Position numbers and translations under genes: made by a program. The notes under the pieces were generated by a model, which did no database searches, was not told the DNA's origin, and saw only the letters and a list, made by a program, of their open reading frames with translations. A DNA stretch of 60,955 nt, filler included, from Sphacelaria rigidula (Eukaryota), in the NCBI GenBank assembly GCA_964200075.2. It is 10 parts of 10 records of this genome, joined end to end, with 100 filler letters (N's around TTAATTAATTAA, not from the genome) between each part and the next. Parts side by side here need not be neighbours in the genome. Positions count along the whole stretch, not along the records: positions 24,425 to 30,430 come from CAXNAA020022852.1; positions 30,531 to 36,535 come from CAXNAA020022853.1; positions 36,636 to 42,640 come from CAXNAA020022854.1; 7 more parts are not named here. One strand, written 5' to 3'. Below, piece after piece: positions 24,325-36,817 of this stretch (the stretch's first letter is position 1; each line of letters starts with the position of its first letter).

Positions 24325-25382
24325 NNNNNNNNNNNNNNNNNNNNNNNNNNNNNNNNNNNNNNNNNNNNTTAATTAATTAANNNNNNNNNNNNNNNNNNNN
24401 NNNNNNNNNNNNNNNNNNNNNNNNCACGAGTCAACTTATGATACTAAAACAAAGTAATTTCCTGACACATCATTATTTGTCCCAACCGTGAAATATTTTT
24501 GTTTACATATTGAGAAATCACCCTCGACAACAGACAGCGTTGGCGAAAAGGGTACTGCGTTCAGTATCGAATCTGGTCTATATTACAATGGACAATGACT
24601 TCGATACAGTGAGCAGAACACTGTTCGCCAGTTTTGTCTAATCGTCCAGGGTGTGATCAAGTACAGTACGTCACAACGTATTCTGCTTCGTCACGTTTGA
24701 CTTATCCGAACGACTGTCGCACATTACTTGATTCACAATGAATCAAGTCGTGGTCACGAGACAGCACATTCTGGACAATGACCACAGATTACACTCTTAG
24801 ACAATGTACTGCGTACAGTACGGAATATATTCCCTATTGCAATAGACGCAATGGCCGATACTGTAAAAGCAGTATACTTTTTCGACAGTGTAACCTATTG
24901 TCATCGTCCAGGATGTGCACGAACGGCGTACCTGTGTGAACAAAATGGAAATACATGGGTAATAGGGAACTCGAAACAGGGGGTGAAGAAAAAGAAGAAG
25001 AAAAAAAAAAGGAGGAAAAACAGAGGTAAAAAGAAGAAACAAAAAATCATAAAAGCGAAAAAATCAAACGGTCAAGCGTAAACTGACAAGAAAAAAAGAG
25101 AGGATCCGAAGTGGTTGTTCACGCCATGCTAAAAACCTCGTGTTGAGGTTCCCCCATCCCTTGTTTGTCGAGCGACGAGAAATGAACGTACTGTACATGG
25201 CAGAGGTATCTCAAACCGTGCTTTCCCAAACATCGTTTCTCATTGCGCAACCATCACGGAATACTTGATCAGAAAGTACACAAATCAGTTCCCCAGACAG
25301 TCTTTCCTAGAGAAAAGAAAAAGTCCCCTGAAATCCACCACAACAACCACATCATCACCATCATCATGTATCAGCATCTTGC

Positions 25383-28300
25383 CTGGCGTGTCCGTACAGC
25401 TCGCACTTCCTCTCCCAAAGGAAAGCCTCTTGTGCTGATCGGCCATGGACTCGCGTTGGGCACCACGAAATTTACAGGCATGTTCGGCACGAATCCCCCC
25501 AGACTTCGGTACACCTATCCGGCGGACACAAAATGCATGCGAGTGAAGTACACGAGGTCTCCAGGGATGAGATTGAATGTCATCAACATCGATTTGTGAG
25601 TAAGGTACCACAGACATACACTACACGGTGACTCGCATCTCACACCTCAGGCACCATAGCCCGGCATTTTCAACGTTCAACAGTGTTTTCGTGACATTGA
25701 GAGTAGAGGGTACGATTAAGAGTTGAAAGCGGTCGATTAGTGGATGAATCGTTTCAGTTCCGAAATGCCCCTTTACGAGGCCCGATATACTTTGTGTAGT
25801 ACTCTCCCACTCAGGCCCCTGATATCCCTGAGGAGGATATCGACGTGAAGCTGTACGCACACGCTAGTGAGAGAGGCAAACAAGAGCACACGGAATGAAA
25901 AATTGTTCAGGTTAAAGGGAATGACCAAAGCCACTCTCAATCAGCTCTCTGCTCTAAATCCCACGGAAACGTTGTTGTTTGCCGAAAATCAGCCTAGCAG
26001 TTAAGGGGGGAATGGGGGAAGCGGGCGTACTTATCCATTGCTTGCCTTAGTGATTTGATCATTGACTCCTCATTGCTTTCGAGAGGGAGGGAGTGATAAG
26101 ATTTAGTATGTTGCCACAGGGGGCGGGGTGCTGTTCTGGTCTTGCTCGACTGACATTTTCAGCCGCTGTCCACGAGACACTTTTCCCCGAGGGAAACAAT
26201 ATTCGAAAACAAGCTCGAGGAAGTCAGGCAACTCGGTAGAAGGGGAGCAGCACACAAAGTTATGACAATAAAAAAAAAGCAAAAATGAACTTCGAGAGGA
26301 ATACCTGTATACTTTACACACAAGAACCGTCAGGCGACACGACGCTCGAGACTCCTGGTGTACGATCGGTAGTTCCTCTCTTACCCGCTTCCATTCGAAG
26401 TCTCCCGGGTCCTCCTTACCTTGACTGCCGCGCATTTTTTGACAATCGCTGTTATTTCTTCTTTCCAACATGTATCCTATTGCCTTCTCTATCGTTTCTG
26501 CAATCTTGCTGGTGTTTCTGATATTTCCAAAACGTCATCCGCGACATCCATCCCGATACCTTACCTTCCGCAACCCTGTTTCCTTGCCTTGCTGCTTCTC
26601 CTGCGACCATCATGTCACTGAAAGATACCTTGAATGGTGGGTGATCACGTACAACCTTGTGCAACTCCTTGTAAAATATTAACACATTTCTATATTTCCC
26701 CCTTCACCACCATAACACTTCCGGCACACTCCGTTATCTTCTCCACCTTTATACACGTATTTCCTCCAACCTCAGTTTCCCACATCTTTTTTCCGCAACA
26801 AATGTCTCCATACTGTGTCAGAGGCCTCCTGTACGTCCATAATAGAAAGAAACAGTACATTGTTAGCCCCGCATCTTGTCCACCTCGGACAAGATTGCTC
26901 AATGTGTACGTATGGTCTAAGCATTCACGGTTTGGTCTAAACCCTGCTCGCCCCTCGCCAATGTTTCCTTCCTTCTCCAGCATCGTTCCCAGTCCATCAT
27001 TCAGAACCTTACAGTATGTCTTCCGTACGGTGCTCATTGGCGTTATCCCTCTATAGTTCCCTGAGTCAGCCTCTTCACCTTTCTGCAACGGTTGACCGCC
27101 ACTCCTCCTCTCCATCTCTTGTGTGTGCACTCGTCTTCACAAGTCCAATTATACAACACAACCATCACGGTAATCATTCCCTCTTCACCGTACTACATAC
27201 TTCCACTCGTTCACTATTCCGTCTACCCCCACTCTACTTCTATCCTTGAGTTTAGCTACACAATCCTTTACTTTCTCCCTCGTGGACTTTCTGCAATTCA
27301 CTTGAGCCACCATCTTCCCAACTCTCATTCTTCGTTTCCCCGTATTGCCCAACGTTATCATTCGGTTGGCTTGCTTGTCCAACATTTGCGTTAAAATCTC
27401 CCACTAGCATTACTTCTCCTTGCATTTTATACTTCCGCACATCCCCCGCTATCTCTCCGAACTTCCCTTGTCCGTCCTTCCCTTGTCCGTCCTTCCCCGT
27501 ACTCTTCGCTCTCCTCTACCCTGCGGGCAGGCAGACGTTACCAACTTCCCTCCCTCTCCTGGTACCCTTATCCAGATGCTATCGTCGAATTTCGCGTCTT
27601 TCATCACTTCAATTATAACACACAGGCATTTCTTGACTCTGTTTTTTTCAACTTCAAATGAAAAAACGATCATTTTTACAAATTATAGACGAATAAACTT
27701 CAAATATTTAATCAATATTACCATTTTCACTCTTCAATTTTTTTTCCAATGTTCTTTTAAGGTGAGGATGTTCCTATTTTTTCAGTTGAATATTCTTCAA
27801 CAATTTGTCAAATTTCAAAACGAATTTTCCTCCCCCCGCTCGCCCATTCCCGGTTTTTGTCCCTTCCTGTCCTTCCTTTACGTGCGTACCCTCCAAATCC
27901 CATTTCTGCCCCACCTTTCCACAATGACTTGTGGCCTCCTCATATGTCTAGATCGCGCTTACTTACTTTCCCGGTTATACATAGACGTTTGTGCTCTTCC
28001 GTGTCGACTCCGTGGGAGGGGGGAAAGCGATATACCACTCACCTGATGTAGTACTTGAGTTGCTGGTGGGCTGCCAAAAATAGGCGAAAACTCATCACTC
28101 GGGGTATTATCCTGATAATTTCAAGGCCATGTTTGATCGGGTATGATTTTCTACTCTCGGGGACTTCACCCGGGTATTACCCGTACCCGATAGCTCTGTT
28201 ATTCTTTAGGCCTCTCCTACCGGTACCCGACAGTTCTGTAAGATCCGTACGAAATATTTCCCCTCATCCAGTAAGGGTATATCCTTGTAGAAATAATCAA

Positions 28301-30098
28301 TTGCCGGTAAGGGTCCGTTTCTGTAAATCTCCACACCGTACCCGACAAGTCCTGAGCGTTCTGTAAGCTCTAAGTTCTCCAAGATTTCCACACCGGGACC
28401 CGACACTTGTGTAAGTTATCTTAGAAATCTCGTACCCTGCCGAACACACCCGTACCATGCAGAACACAAGCCTGTATTATTCATACACTTCTCGCAACTT
28501 CTCCATAATGATATCACGAAACCTGTTCGTTCCCTTCCCCGCGTGACCTGTAGATTTGACCGCCGGTTGGATCCACCTTTTTTCACCATACCTGATTACA
28601 TACCCTGTATGTATCCTGTTTTGGAAAATAATAATGGTCATTGCATGCGTTACACACCTCCAAAGCTTCGCACAGGACCTCGAACTCTTCCTTGGTGCCA
28701 TCGCTATCCATTTCGTCGTCGTGAAATCGGAGCCTTCTCTCGAAACCCATCTTGGCTAAGATTGCCCACCTCTCTTCCACCTGCTCTTCCGTGTCCCCCA
28801 TGAATTTTCCTGTACGATCAATCGTCATCATTAAAAAATGATTGTATGAGCACCGAGAGGTGACAATGCAAACGTGAAAACAGCATTGCAACCACAATTT
28901 CCATCGCTATACATGCATCATACGGACGTACAGACATGCAGACATGCGAATACAACATGCTGCGTATCGAGGGCGTTTGTATATCGTCTTCTAGTTCTTC
29001 ATGTGTGTTTCCCGTCAGTGGAAAATGACAGATCACACCGCTTTAGCAAGAGGATGCCCCCACGTTTTTTTTATGCAATTTATTGGAATACGACCATCAA
29101 CATCGGCGATGTTCAGCCAACTTACAACACTGCGGACAGAATTGTGAAGCGACTTTACCTGATCAAAGGCAACGCATGTACATCATAACGGCTGCGTGTA
29201 TGTCCAAGTACCAGCCCTGAAAATAAAAACCCATCCACTCGATGAAAACTTGAGAACCACGGGATGACCGCGCGAGGCGGACTACCCGCGACAGACGGGC
29301 TGGGACAAATGCATCAGAGCACAGAGGGTTCTTCATTTCACATAGCCTGCACTACATGAGCCTTTTTCACTTATCTGTTCCCTTGCACGGCTGCAAAGAT
29401 GGTCAAATACGGTCAGAGATGGTCAACATAGAAATACGAAGGATTTTTGTGTCTTGGGATTAGATTCGATTGGATTCGGAGACGTTAGAGGAGACTTCCA
29501 GTTTTTGACCTCCGGTTCAGAACGGTCGTGTGGGAGCCGTAGCCGTGCAATATTCAGGCATGGTCATGTGAGGATTTAGATTATCCTGAAGAGAGTCCGT
29601 TCCTTCGGTTGAAAAAAAATTGACTGTTCCACTGTAGAGCGGTCAGTCCTTGCAGGGGCAATTTCCTCAGATAGTGCGGCCAAGAACTGCGACAGTTCCA
29701 CTGTAGGGCGGTGGATCTTTGCAGGTGCGACTTTTCTCGAACAGTGGGATCAAAAATGCTCGTCACAATGGAGTCCAACCGTCGACACACCCGTTGAGTG
29801 ATTGCCCTGGTTGTTGTAGAGTGCGGTGTTCGATTCAAGTACAGTGCTGTCGTGCCGGGCTCACAGGCCACCGACCACACCCTGACGGGACCCTCAATGC
29901 CTACGGATAAATAGCGAGACACACCGACACACCATGCCGATACAGCGCATGTACTAGACTGACCGTTTTGACGAATCTGAGAGACCCGCGCCCCGAGCTT
30001 GTATCCCCAGATCTCCTCAGGCCAGCCGGTTTCGGATGGCACAATGAACTTCGTGGGCACTCGGACGTGTTGGTATTGTCGGTAGTAAGTCTCGATTC
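25383..30098 (-). CDS. Helicase-associated (HA) repeat protein, internal exons 30098-29964, 28809-28658, 25514-25383
   Basis: Phase-consistent splicing (1,1,0) gives IETYYRQYQHVRVPTKFIVPSETGWPEEIWGYKLGARVSQIRQN-GKF...ERWAILAKMGF...LCEALE-VYRSLGGFVPNMPVNFVVPNASPWPISTRGFPLGEEVRAVR. These are two tandem HA-like repeats (VP..F.VP....WP....G..LG..V..IR). Confidence 0.85.
25678..25978. mobile_element. MITE family A copy, intronic
   Basis: Colinear with 7414-7713; imperfect TIRs. Confidence 0.8.
26200..27640 (-). pseudogene. Decayed LINE ORF2 (APE endonuclease fragment plus RT) with internal deletion, intronic
   Basis: Endonuclease: VMLVGDFNANVG...GQYGE. RT: AKLKDRSRVGVDGIVNE; DSGNYRGITPMSTVRKTYCKVLND...EGRAGFRPNRECLDH; GVAQGCT; ADD-like motif near 26545. 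Many frameshifts. Confidence 0.9.
28095..28474. mobile_element. Non-autonomous element with internal TACCCGAC/CTGTAAG subrepeats
   Basis: Repeated (G)TACCCGA.A..TCTGTAAG motifs, ending ACACAAGCCTG. Confidence 0.5.
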
Positions 30099-30530
30099 CT
30101 GAATATTGCCGCCAACCAAAAGGAGAGAGGGAGGGAGGGAGAGAGACAGAGAGGCAGAGGGTAGAAGTGAAGATTAACATGACGATAATAGTGATGATTA
30201 TAACAACGAGATGATGATCATGATCATGATAATAATGACCAGCAAAATTCAATGTTTGTACTGTACATGACGAATTTTTTTCTGTTCCTTGCTCTCTTTA
30301 GCAAGTGTGTCAGTTTTGCTTTTCTTGGGTACATTTATCATGCGACCACGGCTGGACCCCTGGGGGTGTACTCATGATCATGCACCCCGTAGTCATCAGA
30401 CCATAGATCTCGCATCCCTACAAAGCCGGGNNNNNNNNNNNNNNNNNNNNNNNNNNNNNNNNNNNNNNNNNNNNTTAATTAATTAANNNNNNNNNNNNNN
30501 NNNNNNNNNNNNNNNNNNNNNNNNNNNNNN

Positions 30531-30907
30531 ATGACTTGCTCTACTAGTTGAGGCGGTTCCGGGACATCTTGCCGTTTTCCGGTGGCCGCAGTTCCTATTT
30601 TTGCGGAACAAGAACTTGTGTGGAAGAACGGTAAAAAATAGTCAAGTTCAGAGAAAAGTGATTTAAAGCGATTTTTTCTAGATTTGACTGTTTTTTACCG
30701 TTCTTCCACAGAAGTTCTTGTTCGGGCAAAATAAAAACTGCAGCCACCGGAAAACGGCGAGATGTCCTGGAATCACCTCAACTAGTAGAGCAAGTCATTC
30801 CAAGGTGTCAAACTCCGCCTATCTCTCTTTTGGGGCGTAGAACGACGTAAAAGCTCCAAAAAGGCACTTTTCCAGATTTTTATCTTTATCTGTTATAAGG
30901 AGCGGCC
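30531..30907. mobile_element. Palindromic MITE family B (left arm cut by contig start); full copy at 56545-56990, partial at ~39590-39780
   Basis: 30531-30798 is self-complementary around ~30662. The right arm ends AGGAGCGGCCT, similar to the end of the copy at 56990. Confidence 0.85.
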
Positions 30908-31309
30908 TCACATCGGGATTTTTTTTGTTTTCAGGCGAGTACTTGTTCTGCTCATCTCTTCGAAGAAAGAAGTAAGTAGTCTGGTGTCGGAAAGAACTCT
31001 TTCAGCGCCCAACGGCCGGCCTACTGTTTTTTTTTTCCCGTCCATCCTCGGGTTCGGAATAACTGTTTTTTGGTGAGGAGATATCGCGCACATAACAAAA
31101 ATAGGGTTTTTAGTGGAGAGACGACGCTTACACGGAAAAAAAGTAGGGGTGTGTATCGTTGTAGGAGTTGTAGATAAAGTGAATACTGGCAGATCGGCGC
31201 AGCTGCTATGTCGGTAGTATCCGCGGCTGGTGAGGGAGCCTCCCTGGAGGCGCCGATGAAGGCAGGCGAAGTACGAGCTGGGCCAGCTTAAAAGCCGCTA
31301 AAACTTGCT

Positions 31310-31545
31310 CACACCACAGCTTCCCCAGTTTCCCGAATGAAGCCGATGTAAGCATATCTCTGTGAAGTGTAGTCCAACCTGGTGACACACGGCACCGTCG
31401 CTGAATGAAAAAAAAAATGTACTGCATAATGTATGACCCCAACGACGGACGAAAAAAAACAGAGAATCTGTCGGGATTCGAGCTCATGACCTCCATAATT
31501 GGAGTCTCTCATCACTTGATTGATGGAGGTGCAGCAGCGTCACGG
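31310..31545 (-). mobile_element. tRNA-derived SINE-like repeat; second copy at ~35193-35425 (+)
   Basis: Both share GAGACTCCA..ATGGAGGTCA.GAG(C/T)TCGAATCCCGAC (B-box-like) and the downstream body TATGCAGTACATTTTT. Confidence 0.65.
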
Positions 31546-32592
31546 AAAACGTTGAACGCACGGCCCCATTCGACGACTCTTGAGCTGAATTTCAGGAAGA
31601 CCTTTTGCACCCAATGAACTGATACTTCACGAGTCCAGCTGCAGATTCTCCTTTTTTTCCTGGACTTGTGACATTATCTTGTTTCTGCTGGAATTTCAAA
31701 TGCCCATAACTTCTCTTCTTTTTTTTTGCTGATCACGTGATCTTTTGCATTTCGATCATAAAAAGCTGCTGATATCGCGCTGTGCGTTGCCTGAGCGAGA
31801 TTCACACCTACTCTTGCCTGGCCCAGCTCGTATACGATTTGGCTTGATTTCCCTTCAAAATCAGGCCTAGAATGCTCGAGATACAGTCGTGCAGCGACCA
31901 CGCCAATCATTTCCAGCAATGAAATGAAAGGCGACGAAAACGATTCAGCGATGGCAGAAAAAAAACTACCAACACATGGGGATAGAAGCGCCTGACACAG
32001 TATACACAGAGAGAATCATGCGCAGGGGTGACGCGTTCGAAAAGATTGAGCGTCCGGCAGCAACCAATGAAACATACTTGTACGCAATTCGGGGTCATCG
32101 TTCCGTTTTGATTGATACAACAGTACAATACAGTACTTGAACTGTAAAAAATTACAAGAAAAAATACAAAACGGCTAAAAACGCAGCGAGAAGTTTGTGT
32201 AATCTCGACTGCCTTTGCAGACACATCAATAGACGTGGCGCACACGTCTCAAGTGAGGACCTGAAGAAATGTTCGTACATATACTGGTTGATGGGAAACA
32301 CCATGGAATGTTACAAACTAACACTAGCACTAACCGTAAAATCCTAGGCAGCTTCTACGAAATACGATCCAGCAGGATGATGCCCTGTGGTCTTGTGCTA
32401 GACTTTGAATAGCGCGTCATTCCTCCTCGGGCTTCAGTAAATGCACGGCAATCGATTCCCCCACCCCATCCATCAATCGGTTTCTATAGCGTGCCACTAT
32501 TTCGCGTGATGAGTTACATCGTAGCTTCAGCTTTCACCCCACTCGTGCAGTAGTGTCCGCAATCGTGCCAACAGTAGTACATGCCTTTGGTC

Positions 32593-32593
<1 letters not shown>

Positions 32594-32668
<75 letters not shown>
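32594..32668 (+). repeat. (AC)n microsatellite, ~37 units
   Basis: Read directly from the sequence. Confidence 0.99.
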
Positions 32669-32671
<3 letters not shown>

Positions 32672-33104
32672 TTGAATGTTTGTTCCTGAACAGTCGATGG
32701 GTGTAACGTATACGGTGGGGGGTGTTATTTCAGTGCTTCTGGCGGCGCGCGCAGATATGGTCAGTCGGCTGGTGCTTTGGTTTTTCAAATGAGGTTTGCG
32801 GAAATTTTCTCCCCGCCTCAACAGCCAATTGAGGAGGGCGAACACTTGTCGACACACACAGACAAAAGCAGAACGCACGGGATCGCAGTGATGTACTTTT
32901 TCTTCCCATAAACCCCTGCTTACATCAGAGATTGTTTGCTGCTGAGTCGTCGGCAGACACGGCCTACAAATCTATAATATCGCCCTCTCAACCATTTTTG
33001 GCTGCAATCCTCTCGGTCAAAGACATCAGGGGGAGAAAAAAAAAGACGGTGAGTGCCCGGACGGCCAACTGTCGGCCATGTACGCCTACGCTATTGTCGA
33101 GGCT

Positions 33105-33396
33105 AGTTTACCGGCGTTGGGCTACAAATGTCCATGGTGGACACAATTTTACAAGTATCGCTACCCCTAACCCTAACCCAACGCATACCGAGAACCCTCG
33201 GGCAAGGGCGGTACATACATTCCTTAGGCAAAATGCGGCCTTGGTACACCCCAAGCGCCGATTTCAACGAAAACGTGTTGTGCGCACGCGAGGAGCACAC
33301 GGGACTGTCAACCCCACTGAAGTTCCCACTCTCGTCGCTCACACTCAAATCAAGTAATATCAACCATGAACATTTGTAGCCCAACGCCGGTAAACT
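33105..33396. mobile_element. MITE family C with ~35-bp TIRs; second copy at 34018-34329
   Basis: AGTTTACCGGCGTTGGGCTACAAATGT...ACATTTGTAGCCCAACGCCGGTAAACT, with internal CCCTAACCCTAACCC. Confidence 0.9.
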
Positions 33397-34017
33397 CTAC
33401 TGGAAGTGCCATCCCCCAAGCATCGGCGGGACTGCTAGATCAGCCAATCGACCGCCGACGCTGAAACGGCCAAAACCTTGCGCGTCCGAAGCTTTCTGTT
33501 CCGAGAATCCGGTCGGACAGTGCGGCGGACGTTTGAAGTGTGGCGAAATTATTTGCGTCCATGGCTCTTTATTGGCCTTCGGGTCCGCCTCACAGCTTGC
33601 CTCAAGAAATATAACCTTTAGTTTTTTCAGTCCACCGTTTGTTGGCATAACTCATGATGCTGTTACCATCGGACAAGGTGGTGCAGGAAGAATTGCGTGT
33701 GCGTGTGTTGTCACCCCATCTGTTCTGCACGTCGGCCGCGAGAGGGCCATCTTTTTTTGGTTATTTTCCGATATTTCCCATTGTATATACGTAGAAAAAG
33801 GCTGAAGCGGACCACCTTTGAGTCCACATTCCTCGCGTTGCGCATCCATCGAACTAAGCGGACAGCAGGTCACACTAACGCCCCCGATACTCCAGCTTTC
33901 AGTCGAGCCCACCTATACGCGGTGCATCTTCGCAGCACTCGCGCATCGGCGGATCCAGTGTGATGATTCGAGGATTCAGTGACACTGTCCAACACGCGAT
34001 ACACGTTTTCAGAGGCT

Positions 34018-34329
34018 AGTTCACCGGCGTTGGGCTACAAATGTCCATGGTTGGCACAATTTTACAAGTATCGCTACCCCTAAAACCCTAACCCCAACCA
34101 CACGCATACCGAAAATGCTTAGGCAAGGGCGATACATACATTCCCTAGGCAAAGTGTGGCATTGGTAGACCCTGAATCGGCGCCCGTGGCGCCGGTTTGA
34201 ACGAACATGCGTTCTGCGCACGCGAGGAGCACACGGGGCTGTCAGCCCTACTAAAATTCCGATTCTCGTCGTAACACTCAAATCAAGTCATATCAACCGT
34301 TGACATTTGTAGCCCAACGCCGCCAAACT
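34018..34329. mobile_element. MITE family C, second copy in the same orientation
   Basis: Colinear with 33105-33396. Confidence 0.9.
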
Positions 34330-34874
34330 CTACTGCGTCTTCAGCACCGATTTTCAGCAGACGGTGTGAGAGGAGGTGCCACTAAGTCACGCACTCTTTT
34401 TCTGGTGGCGTGGGTCGAAAAGTTGCGAGTACCGTGGCTTCTGTATGGGCTATAGTGAGAATTGTCCTGGCATGTATGTATTGAGCTGAAAAACGCAGTC
34501 ACAAAGGTTGAAATCATGTCAACATAAAAAAATGTGCTATCGATTGCCTCGAGGAAGTGCGGAAATAGGTCCATTTTGGGGGAGGGGGAACGAGTTTTCC
34601 GCGAAGGAATCAACATTTGAACGATATGTTGTCAAGTTTGATCTCGCCACATGTTCATAAACATGGTTTCCCTCGATACCATTCAACAACCAGTGAGTCA
34701 ATCGCCCACGAATGCGAGATGTGAGCCATCAAACCTAACGTCATTTTTATATGGGAAGGGGGGAAATATGGTATATGCCAGCCGCTGACGATGCCCCACG
34801 TCCCTCGCGGTGAAAATGTTCTGAAATGACGACCAATCACCCTCTTTGTCGGAATACACACTATCAGTAGTAGC

Positions 34875-35160
34875 TGTACGAGCTGGGCCAGCTGACAGTG
34901 ATTATTGAATGTTTCCGGGCCCGGCTGTGCGTAATTCGAGAAGTTGGGCGCTGAAACTTTGACACGACATTTTTATCAACACGCACAACCTCCCGCGGGA
35001 TGCAACGAAAAAACATACAAACAGAAAGTTAGAGCGATTTGAAGTTTCTGCAATAACTGGAAAAATGCTGTAACTTCGTGAAAATCGAGAAATACGTCGG
35101 CGTCCCTCGGGTTGTTGTTCGTGCTTGTGTGCAGGAGATCCTGGTGCAATTTCGGCCAAA
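34875..35160. mobile_element. Repeat family D (TACGAGCTGGGCC terminus); related pieces at 36825-37150, ~31273-31300, ~31815-31835, ~41100-41135
   Basis: Shared GGCGCTGAAAC.TTGACAC.A..ATTTTTATCA and GAAACTTCAAATCGCTCTAACTT blocks. The 36825-37110 copy is partly self-complementary. Confidence 0.7.
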
Positions 35161-35530
35161 AATACTTCAAATTAGACGCAGCAGGGCACGTTGTGTGTGA
35201 CACCGCTGCGTTATTTAATCCAAGTGATACAGGAGACTCCAGTGATGGAGGTCACGAGTTCGAATCCCGACGGATTCCTTTTCTTTTGTTCCGTCGGTAA
35301 GGTTATATATTATGCAGTACATTTTTCTTCAATTTTTCTTCGTTTAGCGGCAGCGCCGTGCGTTACCAGGTTGGTCTGCAGGTCACACCGATATACTCAA
35401 GTCGGGCTGATTCGGTATACTTGATAAGTTTTGGTGTGCTTTTTTTTCGAAGAGACCGATGTCGACAATGGATAACCGACGCGACAAATATCAACCAAAC
35501 GCCACTCGTTTTTTTTTTTTTCGCGAGCAG

Positions 35531-35668
35531 GTGCGGGACTACATCAAGGAAAAACTTGGAGGAGTAGGGCCCCGGTTTGTGGGAATATTGGCCAACAGTG
35601 ACCCGGCAGCGAGGAAATATGCCCAGTGGACAAGCCGCGCGTGCAGCAAGGATGGCATTCGCTACGAG
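35531..35668 (+). CDS. MTD1: Exon of methylenetetrahydrofolate dehydrogenase, NAD-dependent MTD1 type (FolD family N-terminal domain)
   Basis: AG/GT-bounded 46-codon exon VRDYIKEKLGGVGPRFVGILANSDPAARKYAQWTSRACSKDGIRYE. It resembles the yeast Mtd1 segment (VGFLANNDPAAKMYATWT, recalled) more than the YxxxK motif of bifunctional FolD. Confidence 0.78.
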
Positions 35669-36699
35669 GTGCACACTTGTAGTCGACAACCGTGAGGCTG
35701 CAAGCGTTATGGCTGGCTGTCGTGACGCAGATTTTGCGGTGACCTTGAGGGTGCTGCCACACGATCTGCGACTTTGTCACGTGCTGTGCGTCGTCCGTGG
35801 TGCGCCCTGCATTTTGCGTTCGGTGCCGCGCTGTGTTTCGCAATGCACAACCTTTGCGTCGTCTTACCTTTTGCCCTGTCCTGACTTTGTTCGGTATCTC
35901 GACCTGTGCAGTTTCCATATATTTGTACGTTACGTCTCCTCACAGAATCCTCACAGAACTACGGTACAGTAAGCCCGCACTGCCTGCGATCGAACAGTAA
36001 CCTGGCTGGACGTTCAGGCCGCCGTTCTGCACGCCTGCTACTACGTCTGTCTACCACTCTCTCAGCGTCTTTAATGGCGATCGCTACGATGTTCGGTATC
36101 AGCGGCACAGACGTTCGAAGCCCTGAGCATTTCAGGTTCTGTTCGGCGTTCGTCATCTCACATGTATTCTGATATATGTGTGAACTCAATTTAATTCAAT
36201 GGGGTGATGAAATATGCTTTCGCTCCCACAACACATATTCCCTCGATTGAGGAATATTCTGCTTTTGGCCCTTTTTTTTCACCTTTTTCTCGCCTGCGTA
36301 CCGTGTAATCGACGGGTTTTTTCGCTTGGAAGTCGTTTTATTATAATTTCCCCGAGATTCGAACATGTAGTTTTGCGTATATTTTATTTCTCGTTGACGT
36401 GTATGTAAGAATCCCGTCTTGCAGGGCATCGTGTTTTCCATGCTCGTGGGCGTATTCGTCCCCCCCCCGTGGTATTCTATATGAAATTGCGATTTCGGGT
36501 GGGGGACCTAGACCTGCCAGAAGGAAGGAAAATATNNNNNNNNNNNNNNNNNNNNNNNNNNNNNNNNNNNNNNNNNNNNTTAATTAATTAANNNNNNNNN
36601 NNNNNNNNNNNNNNNNNNNNNNNNNNNNNNNNNNNCGCAGCCGACGGTCATTTACCACCGTAAGAGGGAGAAGTACTACCTCAAACCGCGCTATACACC

Positions 36700-36817
36700 C
36701 CCCAGATGCAAGGCGCTATGCCAGATTATGCGCAGAACAAAAATAGTCGTGTGGGGATTCGAATTCGTGACCTCTGAAATAAGAGGCGGTTCCACCAGTT
36801 TGACCACCGGGTGCCAC
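36700..36817 (-). mobile_element. tRNA-derived SINE head
   Basis: GTGGCACCCGGTGGTCAAACTGG (A-box-like) and GAATTCGAATCCCC (B-box-like); no complete cloverleaf. Confidence 0.55.

Noticed and set aside
32591..32878. Low-complexity ORFs (CVCV here, K/R-rich at 18705-19175, antisense ORFs over real exons)
   Set aside because: They are translations of microsatellites, purine tracts or the opposite strand of GC-rich exons.
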